Of a stretch of 64,000 nucleotides of DNA, positions 1-11,166 are shown piece after piece. The notes below the pieces were generated by a model that did not search any database, was not told the origin of the DNA, and saw only the letters and a program-made list of their open reading frames with translations. The stretch comes from Daphnia carinata. Taxonomy: Eukaryota. The DNA lies in assembly GCF_022539665.2 (NCBI RefSeq), contig NC_081332.1, positions 3,100,001 to 3,164,000 of the forward strand, in the 5' to 3' direction. Made by a program: the position numbers and the translations under genes. The first letter of the stretch is position 1; the number at the start of each line of letters is the position of its first letter.

Positions 1-40
1 CAAAAACATGAATACACAATTATACGAGTAAATGATATAC

Positions 41-1194
41 CTGAAACATCCACGGCGACGATATCGATGCTCCAGCGTCCTTTTTGGTGGTGGTGAAGCC
101 CTCTTCGAAGCCCAAAAAACACGATTAAACACTTAGCGTTAATTTTTTAAAAACCCACAATACCCATGCCGACAATGTCGTTGCTACAGCGTCGAATCTC
201 GATGTCCAGCATCGTCTCTTATGATGGTGCGGCCCTCCTAAATACATAAAAACAAAATGAGATCATAATGTAAAACTTATAACTTTGAATTAAATACTTG
301 ACCATTTTGGGCGATTATCCTGGTGAACCCGACGGCGAAACACGTTGTCCAATGGTCCTCCTCGGCGATGATGGCGCCCTCCTAAATACATAAAAACAAA
401 ATAAATTAATGGTTAATGAATTGACAGTAAAAATTTTCGATAAAATACGTGACAATTTTGAGCGACGATCCTGGTGGCTCCAACGGCGTACTTCGTTGTC
501 CAGTTACCCTCTTCGGTGATGATGTGGGCCATCCTAAATACATTTAAAAAACATGTTTAGACACTTAAACGTGTAAAACATATACCTTAAATATCCATTG
601 CGACGATCTTGTTACTCCAGCGGCGATCCACGATGTCCAGCATCCTCTTCGATGATGGTGAGGCCCTCCTAAATACATAAAAACAAAATAAATCATAGAT
701 CACAACCTAAGACTTTCAATTAAATACTTCACAATTTTGGGCGATAATTCCAGGAGGCTTCGAAAGCGAACCTCGTTGTCGAGTGGCCCACCTCGGAGAT
801 GATGTGGACCGTCCGAAATACATAAAGAAACACGATTAAACACTTTAAATTGTGAAAGTAATACCTGGCAATCCTTGGCAGCTCCAGTGGTTATCCCCGA
901 CGTCCAGTAATCCTCATCGGTAGCGTTGCCAACCCTCTTATACACAAATTACTACATAGAATAGTAATGCACTTCAATTTTTGAATACCTTGTAATTTTG
1001 GACTAGAATCCTGGTGATGACCTTCGTTGTCCAAAGGTCCTCTTCAGTGGAGCTATGGCCTTCCTAGGCACATAACATTTAAAGAAAAAATCATGATGAG
1101 ATACCGAGTTTTTAAATATATACCTCAGAATCCTGGGCGGTATTCCAATGGCTGCGACGGCGATCTTCGTTGCCCTTCAGCCCCAGAGATTACC
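41..1194 (-). repeat. Tandem array of ~8-9 diverged ~140-bp units, each a ~60-85 nt exon-like segment plus a ~60 nt intron-like segment; degenerate repetitive gene or pseudogene, may continue left of the window
   Basis: A recurrent + strand motif 'ccctcctaaatacataaaaac' (minus-strand acceptor ttttatgtatttag|gagggc) or variants occurs near 101, 235, 378, 532, 665, 811, 935 and 1060. GT donors lie near 40, 158, 303, 452, 585, 732, 864, 988 and 1123. Units translate to related peptides such as EGAIIAEEDHWTTCFAVGFTRIIAQN and EGHSSTEEDLWTTKVITRILVQNYK. Some carry stops or frameshifts. Confidence 0.75.
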
Positions 1195-1844
1195 CTGCTG
1201 ATTGTACAGAAACGAGAAAAAAAAAATTTTTTTTTACATTTGAACAGCAACAAATTTCATCTTAATTTTAACAGACATCAGGTACACAAATTACAGTTAC
1301 ATGGAGAAAAATTTTTTTAAAAAAAATTGGCCGGATTGGCGGTTCATGTGTAAATTGTGTTAAGAAGTTGAAATGTACAATTGTTTGTAAGAAAAAAAAT
1401 GGTTAGCGAACGACCACTACGGTTAATAATTGCATAAAACAGTGAAAGAAAATGGCTGAGATAGTGTTGTGCAAAGGTAACGAATTGAGGTGGACTACGC
1501 TTACGCCTTACTCTTAACTTAACTTTAGGCCTACTTATCCTTAACTTAATCTATTTCATCTAGACTTATACTACCCAACTAATCAAGGCCAGTGCAGAGG
1601 CTAACCCAGGTGCTGATGCAGTGCGTTATTGATGAATCTACAATTTGCGAAAGCTAAGAGCACGTGCGAAAGTTCTAAGAATATTTAGACGTGGATTGCA
1701 AGCAACAAATCTACACTAGTGCACAGCGTGCAGGTGAAAGAGCTACTGAGCTTCTAGCTTCTTTTTTTTTCCTTCCTCCCCCCTTCCCTCTCCTTTTTGT
1801 GTATGCCCGAGGTTCTTCGTCTGTTTTAGGCACTTGGAAACAAA

Positions 1845-1845
<1 letters not shown>

Positions 1846-1919
<74 letters not shown>
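1846..1919 (+). repeat. 74-nt pure poly-A tract
   Basis: Seen directly; it produces the spurious poly-K/poly-F ORFs in the track. Confidence 0.95.
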
Positions 1920-1921
<2 letters not shown>

Positions 1922-4239
1922 AAAAACCTAAGGTCAATCGATGGGGAATGGCTATAACCTCGGGCTCACCTGGAAATAAAAATTTGTCCTTCAACCTATC
2001 GACCTTCAGAATTAGGTCCCTCTACCCTACGCTCTACTTCCGGGAAAGCAATAATGTGACACGTGTCTGCGAGTATTTAAGGCGTCGTCTAGACGATAGA
2101 TGTTAACATTCGTTCGGAGTCTTGCCTCTACAGATGTACCACAACTATATCACCATCGACGATCGATTCGCTTATCAGGTAGGTTGAATTTATACTAAGT
2201 AGCTTCATTGTCTTCTTTAATTGTAGAAAGTTAGAGGATATCTCTACTTCAATTAAATTAGTTCTAAATCTATGTTAGTAAACTAATTCTTAATTAAATC
2301 AAACTGTTACCAATAGCATTCCATTTCTTTTAGGAACGACCCTTTCAATCCATGAGTAGATGCTGGCGTGTTTACTCTGGCTGCCTTTCAACTGCATCAA
2401 ATGAGGTATTGAAATTTGTTAAGTACCACTAATTATTTAAAAAATTTATAGTACCATACTTTTTATGTTCGTTGCTACTCTTAGGCTTCATCACTGCTGG
2501 TATTCATCATATAGTCATGTCCTTTAATTCACATTACTAACCGGTTACTTCTGAATGTAAATAGAAATAATTAAACATTGAAAATCTTATTAATAAAGTT
2601 TAAATATGTATGTGTAATTCTTGTACCTGCAAAACACTATTTTAACATATTACCTGCATATGTGAATCTACTTGATATTTCAACTGTTCGAATTTGAATA
2701 GCTGTTAAATTATTTAATGTTACACTAAGCCAAAAAATAGTTCTGTTTACTAACAAATAAGCAAAGCAAAAAAAAACCCTATAATTTACAAAGTACAATT
2801 AAACAAAGTAAAAAGTACAATTATTTTAAATTTGGTAGGATAACAAACAATCATAATTGATATATAATGTACCTTACCATAAACAAATTAAAAAATAAAT
2901 TTTCAATACTTCTATAATACAATAACTACGAAAAATTATGTATTAATGTTAATAATTACTTAAACCATATGGTAGTATACAATACGTTTGGTACTACAAT
3001 TTATATTATAAATTGTCGTTTTTTCGCAACAACAATTCCAAAGTATTTACTTACCATTTGAATATTATTACAATTTTGTAATATTACTATTATTTTACGT
3101 ATCAATTGTTGAAACTGATGATAGTTTTCAATCAATGTGTTTGTGATTCTGGTCAGCCTGTAGTAAAACATGGTACTCCTACCATAATAGAACCCCTTCT
3201 CAGTGACATATTCTGCATATGAACAGCATTAGCTACTCCAATGCCAGCCATATAGAGTGTCATGTCAATTGAGTAAATCTAGATAAGTGATAGTTTATAC
3301 AGAAATGTATACAAAACATACAATTACCATGACTCCTTTTGTTTGGAATTGAAAGGCTGTTCAACTGCTGGTTATCAAAGTCACGGTGTTGGTGACAAAG
3401 TTATTATCTCAGAAATAATCTACAGATAAAAACTAGACGCAATATCTGTGTCCCCACAGAGGGATGTTTAATCGTCCAACCAGCCAGATGTCTTGACGTT
3501 AAAATTCCAATGTGTTCTGTTCCAGCTACATTCAGCGGCTAAAATGACAAAACTTAAAGCAATAAAAATGGAAAGGTATTGTATAAAGGAATGGCTCTCA
3601 TGACCTGCAACCACCATTCTTTACACATCCATACAGCTACCTAAAAAAAAATAAAAATTGCACTTGAAAATGATATGGGAAGTTTTAACAAAAACAAAAA
3701 CGCAAAACAAAAGGTTACTAACATAGTTTCCGTACAATGATGAGGCAAAAAAGAGATGAAATGATACGTGTGTTTCAGCTATTCGCCTCGGCTTCAACAG
3801 GAGTAACACTGAAAGATGCTTAAGCATTTTCGCGAACAGAGTTTCGTCGAGCAGACGATTTTTTGGAAGGCAATGAAAGTCTGGGCAATAACGTAAATGA
3901 TTCTGACATCCAACAGCATTGCTAATAGCTTTGGATGACGCTACAAAAATCAGTCCTTCACCCACACTTTCAACAACTTCATGCAAGACGCCTTTTCCTC
4001 GGGGTATTTACGTCGAAAGTGTCAAACTGTTAAAGGAAAAATGGGAAAGCAAGAAACTGGGCGATTGCAAGCTGCACATACCTTTACGTTGAATCACACA
4101 TGGACCAAGAACTGCCCACAACTTCAACAATAATCTCGAAATACTCGCTTTTCGCTCGAGTTACGATGTTGTCAAACGTATCACACGCGCACGTACACAC
4201 ACTTCGGATTTCGTCTGCTGCTGGTGGGTGCTTGTCGCC

Positions 4240-4326
4240 GATACAAACGTTCCAGCTGTGGCGATTTGGCACTGGATACATCAATCCTTCAACGCTGTGG
4301 TAAACAGGGCAGGGCGTCCTTTGGCT
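4240..4326 (+). pseudogene. Isolated sideroflexin-like gene fragment
   Basis: Frame 1 reads [29 protein letters not shown]. This resembles the recalled sideroflexin motif [31 protein letters not shown] with YTN missing. It is flanked by stops (4090, 4351) and no other sideroflexin segments were recognised. Confidence 0.6.
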
Positions 4327-5253
4327 CGCCAATCTTTCAGTCGCAACGCCTGAAATTCCTGGAACAAAATCTCACCCACCCACATGTGATGCAACTATAT
4401 GTTAGTGTGTTAAAAATGAGTTCGGAATGTATGTTTGGAAAAACTACTTCCAACTGTAATAAAACTGTTACCCATTGCATACCATTTGTTAGATTTGCCA
4501 ATCTGTTTTTTGTGAGTACCTGACGAAAAGTTTACACCAAGTGGCTTCCAAACTGCATCAGAAAAACTGAAATAAATTATATTCCACTAAATAAAAAGCT
4601 GAATTAAATTATAACTAAATTTATAAAACAAATAATAGTAGCATACTAAATGTTAGCTTTGTGAAGGGTAATCACTGTTGTGAATGTTTGTCACATTACT
4701 CTGGTACTTCTGCATGGAAACACAAATTATTCTTGGAAATCATGTTAATTTGGTATCAAGCATAATCAAAATTTATCAAATTGATGAATATAATTTAACT
4801 TGTATCCGGGTAATAATATTATTACTAAAATATTTGGTTACCTACATGCCCATTCCACACAACTACCTATGACAAAACAACGATGACAAGGTATTTTTTG
4901 CGAATACAGGTTCTCAGCACGAAGCAGACAATTTCGACAGGGAACGATGTGCAATAAAATTCCGAAACTGGGCACCAGCAGAGTTAATAACTATATGACG
5001 GTATAAAAACGACGGTAAAAGACAACGGTATCGAAAGAAATCTGCCATAATATGCCATGCTAATAAGCCATGCTGCACAATCTTTCTTACCCGTGATTTT
5101 CTTGTTCTTAATCACACTCGCTTCTGATAAGTTTAACGTCAAACCCGAATGTTCCACAAAGTCAACGAGATAACTTTGATCAACACTTCTGTAAAAGAAA
5201 AAAATTTAAATTCATCCTATAAGAAAAAATTCCTGTAACATTGCTTGCCTTAC

Positions 5254-6202
5254 ATCTTATCTAATTGTCCGTTAATGCCATTAGTAAAGTAAGGATCAAT
5301 GTGATATGAATGTGGTAAGTGCTAGGCCACATCTTACAGATACATCAGCAGCTGTGTTTTGATATCCCAAGTATCCACTATTCCTGTGCAACAGATAAAG
5401 AAATTAATTTATCAAGCATCAGATAACCAGCCCTGTCTTCGAGCTAGACAATATGGGCCGAAATTCCAATGGAAGAATGCTGTTAAGATAACCTGCACGT
5501 AATTGCAGCAAATGGCTCGTTTTTCTGCAACCATTACAGCCCTTTATTAGATCCCCTCAGTATTGACCTAGGATCACTGAGAGGACACACACAGCATCCT
5601 TGGTATGAAGATCACCCCCCATGATAGTTCACTTTCCTACAATGCAAATGAAAGAAAACTATTATGGCATAATCAAAGGAAAAATCAACAGTAATAAAGA
5701 AAAACTAATAATGAATAAACGGTAGAAGTTAGAGTTGAAAAATTCATCTGATGAAAGAATTCTCACTAAACTCACTAAAATAAAATCATGGTGTTACTGA
5801 TAAATTTCAGAGAAGATTGTTTCCATACCTTCCCCTTCACAATGGATGAAAGCCCATCTTGATATTTACAGGCGATTGCATATCTTCAGTTAGATAGTCA
5901 CTGTTCTCATGAGCACGAGCACAGCAGGAGTACTAGGCTTCTTTTTGGACAACATAATGCCAGGTTATGTAATGAAGCCACATTGCATACCTAGAAAAAC
6001 CTATTTGGGTTCGAGACAAAAATTTCCTTAAAAGTTATGGATGAATAGAAAGGCTTGGCTAAGCGACTAGCTCATCCAGATCCAAACATGGAAATCAGCA
6101 ATGAATAATCAGTTCGAGAGTTGACACAGTACACTTATGACATCCCAGTCATCACTCCATGGTTGAAAAGGTTCTTAGTCACTACACTCAACACACTGTT
6201 TC
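5254..6202 (-). mobile_element. Decayed spliced DDE transposase-like remnant (Kolobok/Mutator-like), multiple stops and frameshifts
   Basis: Minus-strand exon-like blocks with AG acceptors near 6203, 5991, 5637 and 5382. They give, in the expected order, GNSVLSVVT..NH..LLISMFGSG / GMQCGFIT..HYVVQK..PAV / IMGGD..KGL*WLQKNEPFAAIT..QHSSIG / VDTWDIK. This is reminiscent of the GDGR..GL..L..TDRH..I..DVWH layout of THAP-associated transposases. The similarity is weak and judged by eye. Confidence 0.35.
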
Positions 6203-6923
6203 CTAAAAGATTTGTTTCAACACTTTTTGAAGTACAGTATTAAAAACTTGGTTGCTTACTTGCTGTCTCTGCCATCCTATCAGACAGACTTATAGAATAG
6301 GAAGACCAGAAGCTGGTGTGGAAAGTCCAAAGGTACAAATAGGGAAAACAGCAGCGCTTTGAATGTCCTTAGCTCAGTTACCAACAGCTTGATGACAAAA
6401 ACCATTCATCAAAGTTTCTCCTATTTCAGCAACTGATTGGTAACATGTAGCTTCTACATCAGATTTCTTCATCGTGCAACAGTATGCACAATATGCAACA
6501 ACATGTATAATACATGTAATTACCTTATTTATTGCTTTTTTGTGCATGACCTCCATGGAGTTTCAAATACTTGAAAAGATGAGCAGTGTATCCTTCCACT
6601 ATCCGCATGAGCGATCCAACATCCCCTAAAACTTGTCTAAGTTGTCTGTTCTTTTTCAACAAGTTGGTGGTTTTTAGCCTTTTCGTCCCCGATGCCATTG
6701 AGCCTTGCTTCTTGGCAGCCTATCATTATTAGAAAAGAAACACATAAATCTTTCAGTCTTTTTACCAACTTTGAATTTAGTAAACCAGGAATTTTAAGAC
6801 GACTATCCTTATATGGTTGATCGGCGAGAACGATTGGCTTGACTACGGGTTCCTCTTCGACACCCTGTCGACTGTTCGTTCCTCATTGGATTTGTTAGTT
6901 TCTTTCAGGACATGCGTATTGTA

Positions 6924-7009
6924 AGCCAAATTTGAAATTTGGCCAAAAAAATGAAAAAGCAAGAAGGCTTTCTCACTTTTTCAATTTTCGTCAAATTCTA
7001 GATTTGGTT
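6924..7009 (+). other. Imperfect inverted repeat / ~86-nt hairpin
   Basis: Left arm agccaaatttgaaatttggccaaaaaaatgaaaaag pairs with right arm ctttttcaattttcgtcaaattctagatttggtt; several mismatches are G-U wobbles on the + strand. Confidence 0.7.
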
Positions 7010-7398
7010 AAAAATACATTATTTTGATTCAAAATTGATCGCTGATCACGAAAATCGGGTGTATTTTCATATTGGCTTATCGATTTTTAATTAACCGTAA
7101 AAAACTAAAAGTCGTGCTTATTTTGTCGTGCGTAAAATTTACACAAAAACCATGAATTCCATGCCAAAATAAATACCAATTAATGAGCTATGTGCGAAAT
7201 GATGCAACATTTATTGATGTACAAGAAAACTAAATCTGTTATCGAATTGTCATTTAACTACTTCGTTGCCATGAGTTATTTAGCAGTTGCCACCCGCACA
7301 TTTTTATCACGTAAGACATACACTGAGTGGATACTTTCTTAGGATCCCTAGATCGATATCCCTCCAGCATATACGCGGCATACTTTCAACCTCTGAAC

Positions 7399-9195
7399 AT
7401 GAATAGGAAAGAACAATGCAAGACTATTCTTGCAATTTTGGCCTTAGTAGTATTCTTTGGATACCTAGTGGTCGCAGCCGTTTTTGGGTTTCGAGGGGTA
7501 GCCGAATTTTCCACACTAAACCCAGACATCTCAAATCCACTATATACACCATCATCACCATCGAATGGAATTCTCCCGTCGCTAGATAGAAGACAATTAC
7601 TTGACATTATCTATTTGTCAACACGTGATGGAACGCATTTCACTTGTAGCGATGTGCGAAAAATTCACGAAATGAATCCAAGAGTGAGTATTGATGGGAT
7701 CATGGAGGTTATTCTGGAACTCCTTGAAACTGAGGCATATGACCCGTCAAACGAGTTAATGCTAACACGAAACTGCCCATCAGATCAGGGAGTTTTCAAC
7801 AACATCACAGTGTTTTTATTGAATAAGACAATCTTGTTTTATATATTAACACTGTTAATCGTCCTAGGAATCTCTGGAGTGGGAGAATTTTTATTTCGAA
7901 CCTACGATAATCCGCTTTCCTACTGTCACAATGACACTGAATCCGCCCATAGCCAAGAAGACGACGAAATGGAGCACGTAGGAGAAGGAACACTGGCCTC
8001 GATGAGAAGTACGGCCCGTAGAATCTGGGGTGACATCGCTAGACATTTGACGGAACAGCAAGGAACAGACGGACTGGCTTTACTCAGTTTTCAACTCTGC
8101 TTGATAGCCATTTTGATACCATCTTTCTTAATGGTAATCACGGTTTTACTAATGCGAATATTTTCAACCTGGAATGTAATAAGAACAGCTTTATGCTTGT
8201 GGGTGGTTTTTCAGCATAGCGTCGTTACCTTTTCCTATCATCTGTACCGAAACCAAACCATTATGGGCAACGGTGAAACAATACGGACACTGCTCATCTC
8301 ACGGATCAATTACGAAAAATGCACCGAGGAATATTTGAGGTCATACTTCCGAGACAACAATGCTGATATTGTGACTGGAATAAGTATTATCCACAAGCTA
8401 ATGGAGAAGCCATCAACAAGCCATCCAGCCACTGCAGCTTTCGTCACATTCAGAACACGAGAGCATGCAGTGAAAGCAAGCAAATACTTAATCAATCACC
8501 GGACACTAAGAGGTTGGCGAGTTGAATGGGCTCCACCATCTCGTGATATCGTATGGTCCAATCTGCATCAAAAGGGCAGCCACATCTGTCTATTAAAAAT
8601 GATTATCCAATACTTTTTCAGCATTCTCTTACCCCTAGCAGGATCCACGATATTCGTCGAATCGCTGAAACTCCTAGTCGACAAACAAAACATCTTCTAC
8701 GCTGTTCTACGTTACTCGAAATCGATTTTGACAATAGTTTTCTTGGTAATTGTTCGCCTCTGTCCAGCCTTCCAAGTGGATCACATGAGAAAATCCAGTG
8801 CTCACTTAGGACTCTTTTTCTCTTCATTCATCATTATCGTGGTGTCTGAAATCGTGTTACCCATGCTCAACTTCAAGGACATCTGGAATTCCATCATCTG
8901 GACTCAAACAGATCCAAACGTTTTGAATCACTGGATTCGGCTGCAGTGCGTTTTCCGGCCAGACTTGGGCTCTGAAATGGCAATCTCCGTCATTGAATGG
9001 AATTTATCTCACAGTTTTTTCGTTTTACCTCGAGTAACGCAATGGGTAAACAGACTGTGGCTGCGTTTAACCAAATCTCCCAAGGCAGACAGTCCATTTC
9101 TGCGTGACAGGTTCAACATCGGAGAACGCTATTCCCAACTGGTGGCGCAGTTTGTCATAACGTGCGTGGGATATTTCACGTTTCCCCCATCATAG
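7399..9195 (+). CDS. Intronless TMEM63/OSCA/CSC1-family channel-like protein, N-terminal part (ends at frameshift)
   Basis: First ATG at 7399 (MNRKEQ...) within the 622-aa track ORF. It has multiple hydrophobic segments and family motifs AFVTF, WRVEWAPPSRDIVWSNL, RLQCVFRPDLG and FNIGERYSQLV. No introns. Confidence 0.8.
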   Translation: MNRKEQCKTILAILALVVFFGYLVVAAVFGFRGVAEFSTLNPDISNPLYTPSSPSNGILPSLDRRQLLDIIYLSTRDGTHFTCSDVRKIHEMNPRVSIDGIMEVILELLETEAYDPSNELMLTRNCPSDQGVFNNITVFLLNKTILFYILTLLIVLGISGVGEFLFRTYDNPLSYCHNDTESAHSQEDDEMEHVGEGTLASMRSTARRIWGDIARHLTEQQGTDGLALLSFQLCLIAILIPSFLMVITVLLMRIFSTWNVIRTALCLWVVFQHSVVTFSYHLYRNQTIMGNGETIRTLLISRINYEKCTEEYLRSYFRDNNADIVTGISIIHKLMEKPSTSHPATAAFVTFRTREHAVKASKYLINHRTLRGWRVEWAPPSRDIVWSNLHQKGSHICLLKMIIQYFFSILLPLAGSTIFVESLKLLVDKQNIFYAVLRYSKSILTIVFLVIVRLCPAFQVDHMRKSSAHLGLFFSSFIIIVVSEIVLPMLNFKDIWNSIIWTQTDPNVLNHWIRLQCVFRPDLGSEMAISVIEWNLSHSFFVLPRVTQWVNRLWLRLTKSPKADSPFLRDRFNIGERYSQLVAQFVITCVGYFTFPPS

Positions 9196-10262
9196 CTATA
9201 AGCGTCCTGTGTCTGGCAATTGGATATATCATTGATCGCTATACAATGGTTCAAACATATCAGCCAACTTACTCCGGTGCCAATGTCCATCGCTGTGCAA
9301 TCCTATTCGTTTTGCTCATGCTAGTTATCCAGAGCGTCCTTTTGTTTTACAAAAACGTCCTGATGGTTGAAAACGAACTAGTACTAGTCGGAGATTCGGC
9401 TGTCATAACTCTCCTCGTTGGTTTGCACTCTTTCTTCTGTGTCGTTTCCATCGTGGCCCAATTTCTCTTATATTCCCGAACACCACGTGATGAAATCATT
9501 GCCCTAGACGATGAAGCACAAAGTTACGTTCCACCACCACTCAGGTCTCACACAGGCGAACAGATTCACGTACCTATAAAAAAAAACAGAAAACAAACTA
9601 AACTCCAGAAACAGGACACCAAAAACAAAAGTAGATCAATTACCTCAATCACAGCCATTTGCTTTACTTTTCTTGTGCCACTGATCGTGGCTCTGATTGT
9701 CGTAACGACAATAAGATTCACCTTCGTGCCAAAAGTTGCCTACAGTAAAACGAGTCACGTTAGCACGACGTTAAATGGCAACTTAAGTTTGTATTCTGGT
9801 CGCGTACCGTATTCGACAATGCAGGAGGTTTGCCAAAACGATGCAAGTTGGCTCACGATCGGGTCGAGATGTGAAGACATTTTCGTCGATAATGCTGTAC
9901 GGAACAATAAAAGTACACCATTCCAAAAAACGGATCAAGAACGTAGGCTGCTTTGGACAGGAGGTTTCTTCGACCTAACGACGGGTGATCACTGGCAATG
10001 GCTAGACAAGAACGTTAAGACAGAATACAGTAATTTTTGCGTTGCCAACCAGACTGCCGAGATTGTAGCCAAGGCCAAACAAATGGGTGTATCAATGTTG
10101 TACATTGTTAAAGACTATACAGGAAAAAAGTTTGAGGCAAATGGACGTGCATGTTGGCAGATTTACCATAAGAACGAACTTACTGAGATGGGGTTCGGTT
10201 TCCCAGCAGACTCAAATCCTCGTCTGACGTTTGCCTGTTCGTCTGGCATTCCCGAAAAGTGA
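9162..10262 (+). CDS. Continuation (-1 frame) of the TMEM63/OSCA-like protein followed by an extra TM helix and a C-type lectin-like domain
   Basis: Begins PIIAISVLCLAIGYIIDRYTMVQTY..NVHRCAI, matching the TMEM63 PII..VDRYNL..IH pattern, exactly where ORF1 stops. A basic linker and a TM helix follow. About 9786-10240 has CTLD-like features: EVCQ..WLTIGS..ED.FV, LWTGG, WQWLD, YSNF, CWQI, FAC. AATAAA at 10341. Confidence 0.7.
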   Translation: MRGIFHVSPIIAISVLCLAIGYIIDRYTMVQTYQPTYSGANVHRCAILFVLLMLVIQSVLLFYKNVLMVENELVLVGDSAVITLLVGLHSFFCVVSIVAQFLLYSRTPRDEIIALDDEAQSYVPPPLRSHTGEQIHVPIKKNRKQTKLQKQDTKNKSRSITSITAICFTFLVPLIVALIVVTTIRFTFVPKVAYSKTSHVSTTLNGNLSLYSGRVPYSTMQEVCQNDASWLTIGSRCEDIFVDNAVRNNKSTPFQKTDQERRLLWTGGFFDLTTGDHWQWLDKNVKTEYSNFCVANQTAEIVAKAKQMGVSMLYIVKDYTGKKFEANGRACWQIYHKNELTEMGFGFPADSNPRLTFACSSGIPEK

Positions 10263-10873
10263 TGTGCCACGTCTTCGTTAATCGATGATGAAAATTAAAG
10301 AATGATTTGTAATGCCGTATGCAAGATAACGCTTTCGATTAATAAAAACTACAGTTAATTAAATGCTTTTTGTGTTTACCTTTATTATGTTAACATTAAC
10401 TATCGTTTGGCAACCTGCAGGTCTAAACATCTGGTGCAACAAAGTACCGATTATTAATCCACTGGTAATTGCTAATCAAAAGCAATAGCAGGCTGTCTGC
10501 TATTTTTTAACACAACAAAGAAATGTCAAGATATACTGTAATATCTGCTACATCCGCTTTTCTTGGGTGTATTGAGTAAAAGTTTCGTACTAGATTCCTG
10601 CAAGGCATTCACGACTAACAGTTAACAAGTTACAATATCGGAAACTTGGTTACAAGGATGTATTGTCTTGGCTAAAGACAAGGCTAACGAGGTTATTCAG
10701 TACTCGTTCAGTATGAACGCTACCTGCGGACAGCACATGCAACATGACCGTGCACGAATGCGTCAGAAAACAGAAAGAGAAAAAACTTCGATGTCATGGC
10801 GGAAAGAAACAATACGTTTACCATAAACTGCTAATAATTTTCAGGGAACATCCGAACGAGATTTTAAACTCAC

Positions 10874-11166
10874 AAATAAACAATGCTCTGAAACTTTGTG
10901 GGAACAGCTCCAGGTTTTAGAACGGGACGAACGACGACTGATGTTGGTTTCCCGTCCACAATCGACAGACGACTTCTAACAATGGCGTCGTCGTCAAAAT
11001 GAAGGTCACAAACTTTAGATGATTTCGTGATAACGGCATCTGGTGGTAAAGCTTTCTTCCACGTCAGCAGCCTGTTTTCATCTTTAGGAAATGAGAACAA
11101 CGTCCGATTTTCTAGTTCCAATGTTTCAACTCTAGTTGTGCAACCGGGTACAAAACATCCCGACAT
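10874..11166 (-). CDS. THAP (C2CH zinc finger) domain protein, first coding exon; possibly transposon-derived
   Basis: MSGCFVPGC..LFSFPKD..W..VCDLHF..LKPGAVPTKF carries the CxxxxC, P, W, CxxHF and AVPT-box hallmarks. Donor gtgagt at 10873; 5' UTR intron 11181-11242 (GT-AG, 62 nt). Downstream exons were not resolved. Confidence 0.85.

Noticed and set aside
41..1194. CRISPR-like repeat-spacer appearance
   Set aside because: Repeats are degenerate, the 'spacers' are homologous to each other, there are no cas genes and the context is eukaryotic with splice signals.
1691..2106. Poly-Lys and poly-Phe ORFs
   Set aside because: Translation artefacts of the 74-nt A tract.
2100..3650. Exon-like segments with splice signals in AT-rich sequence
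   Set aside because: No sustained open frame or recognisable homology; left unassigned.
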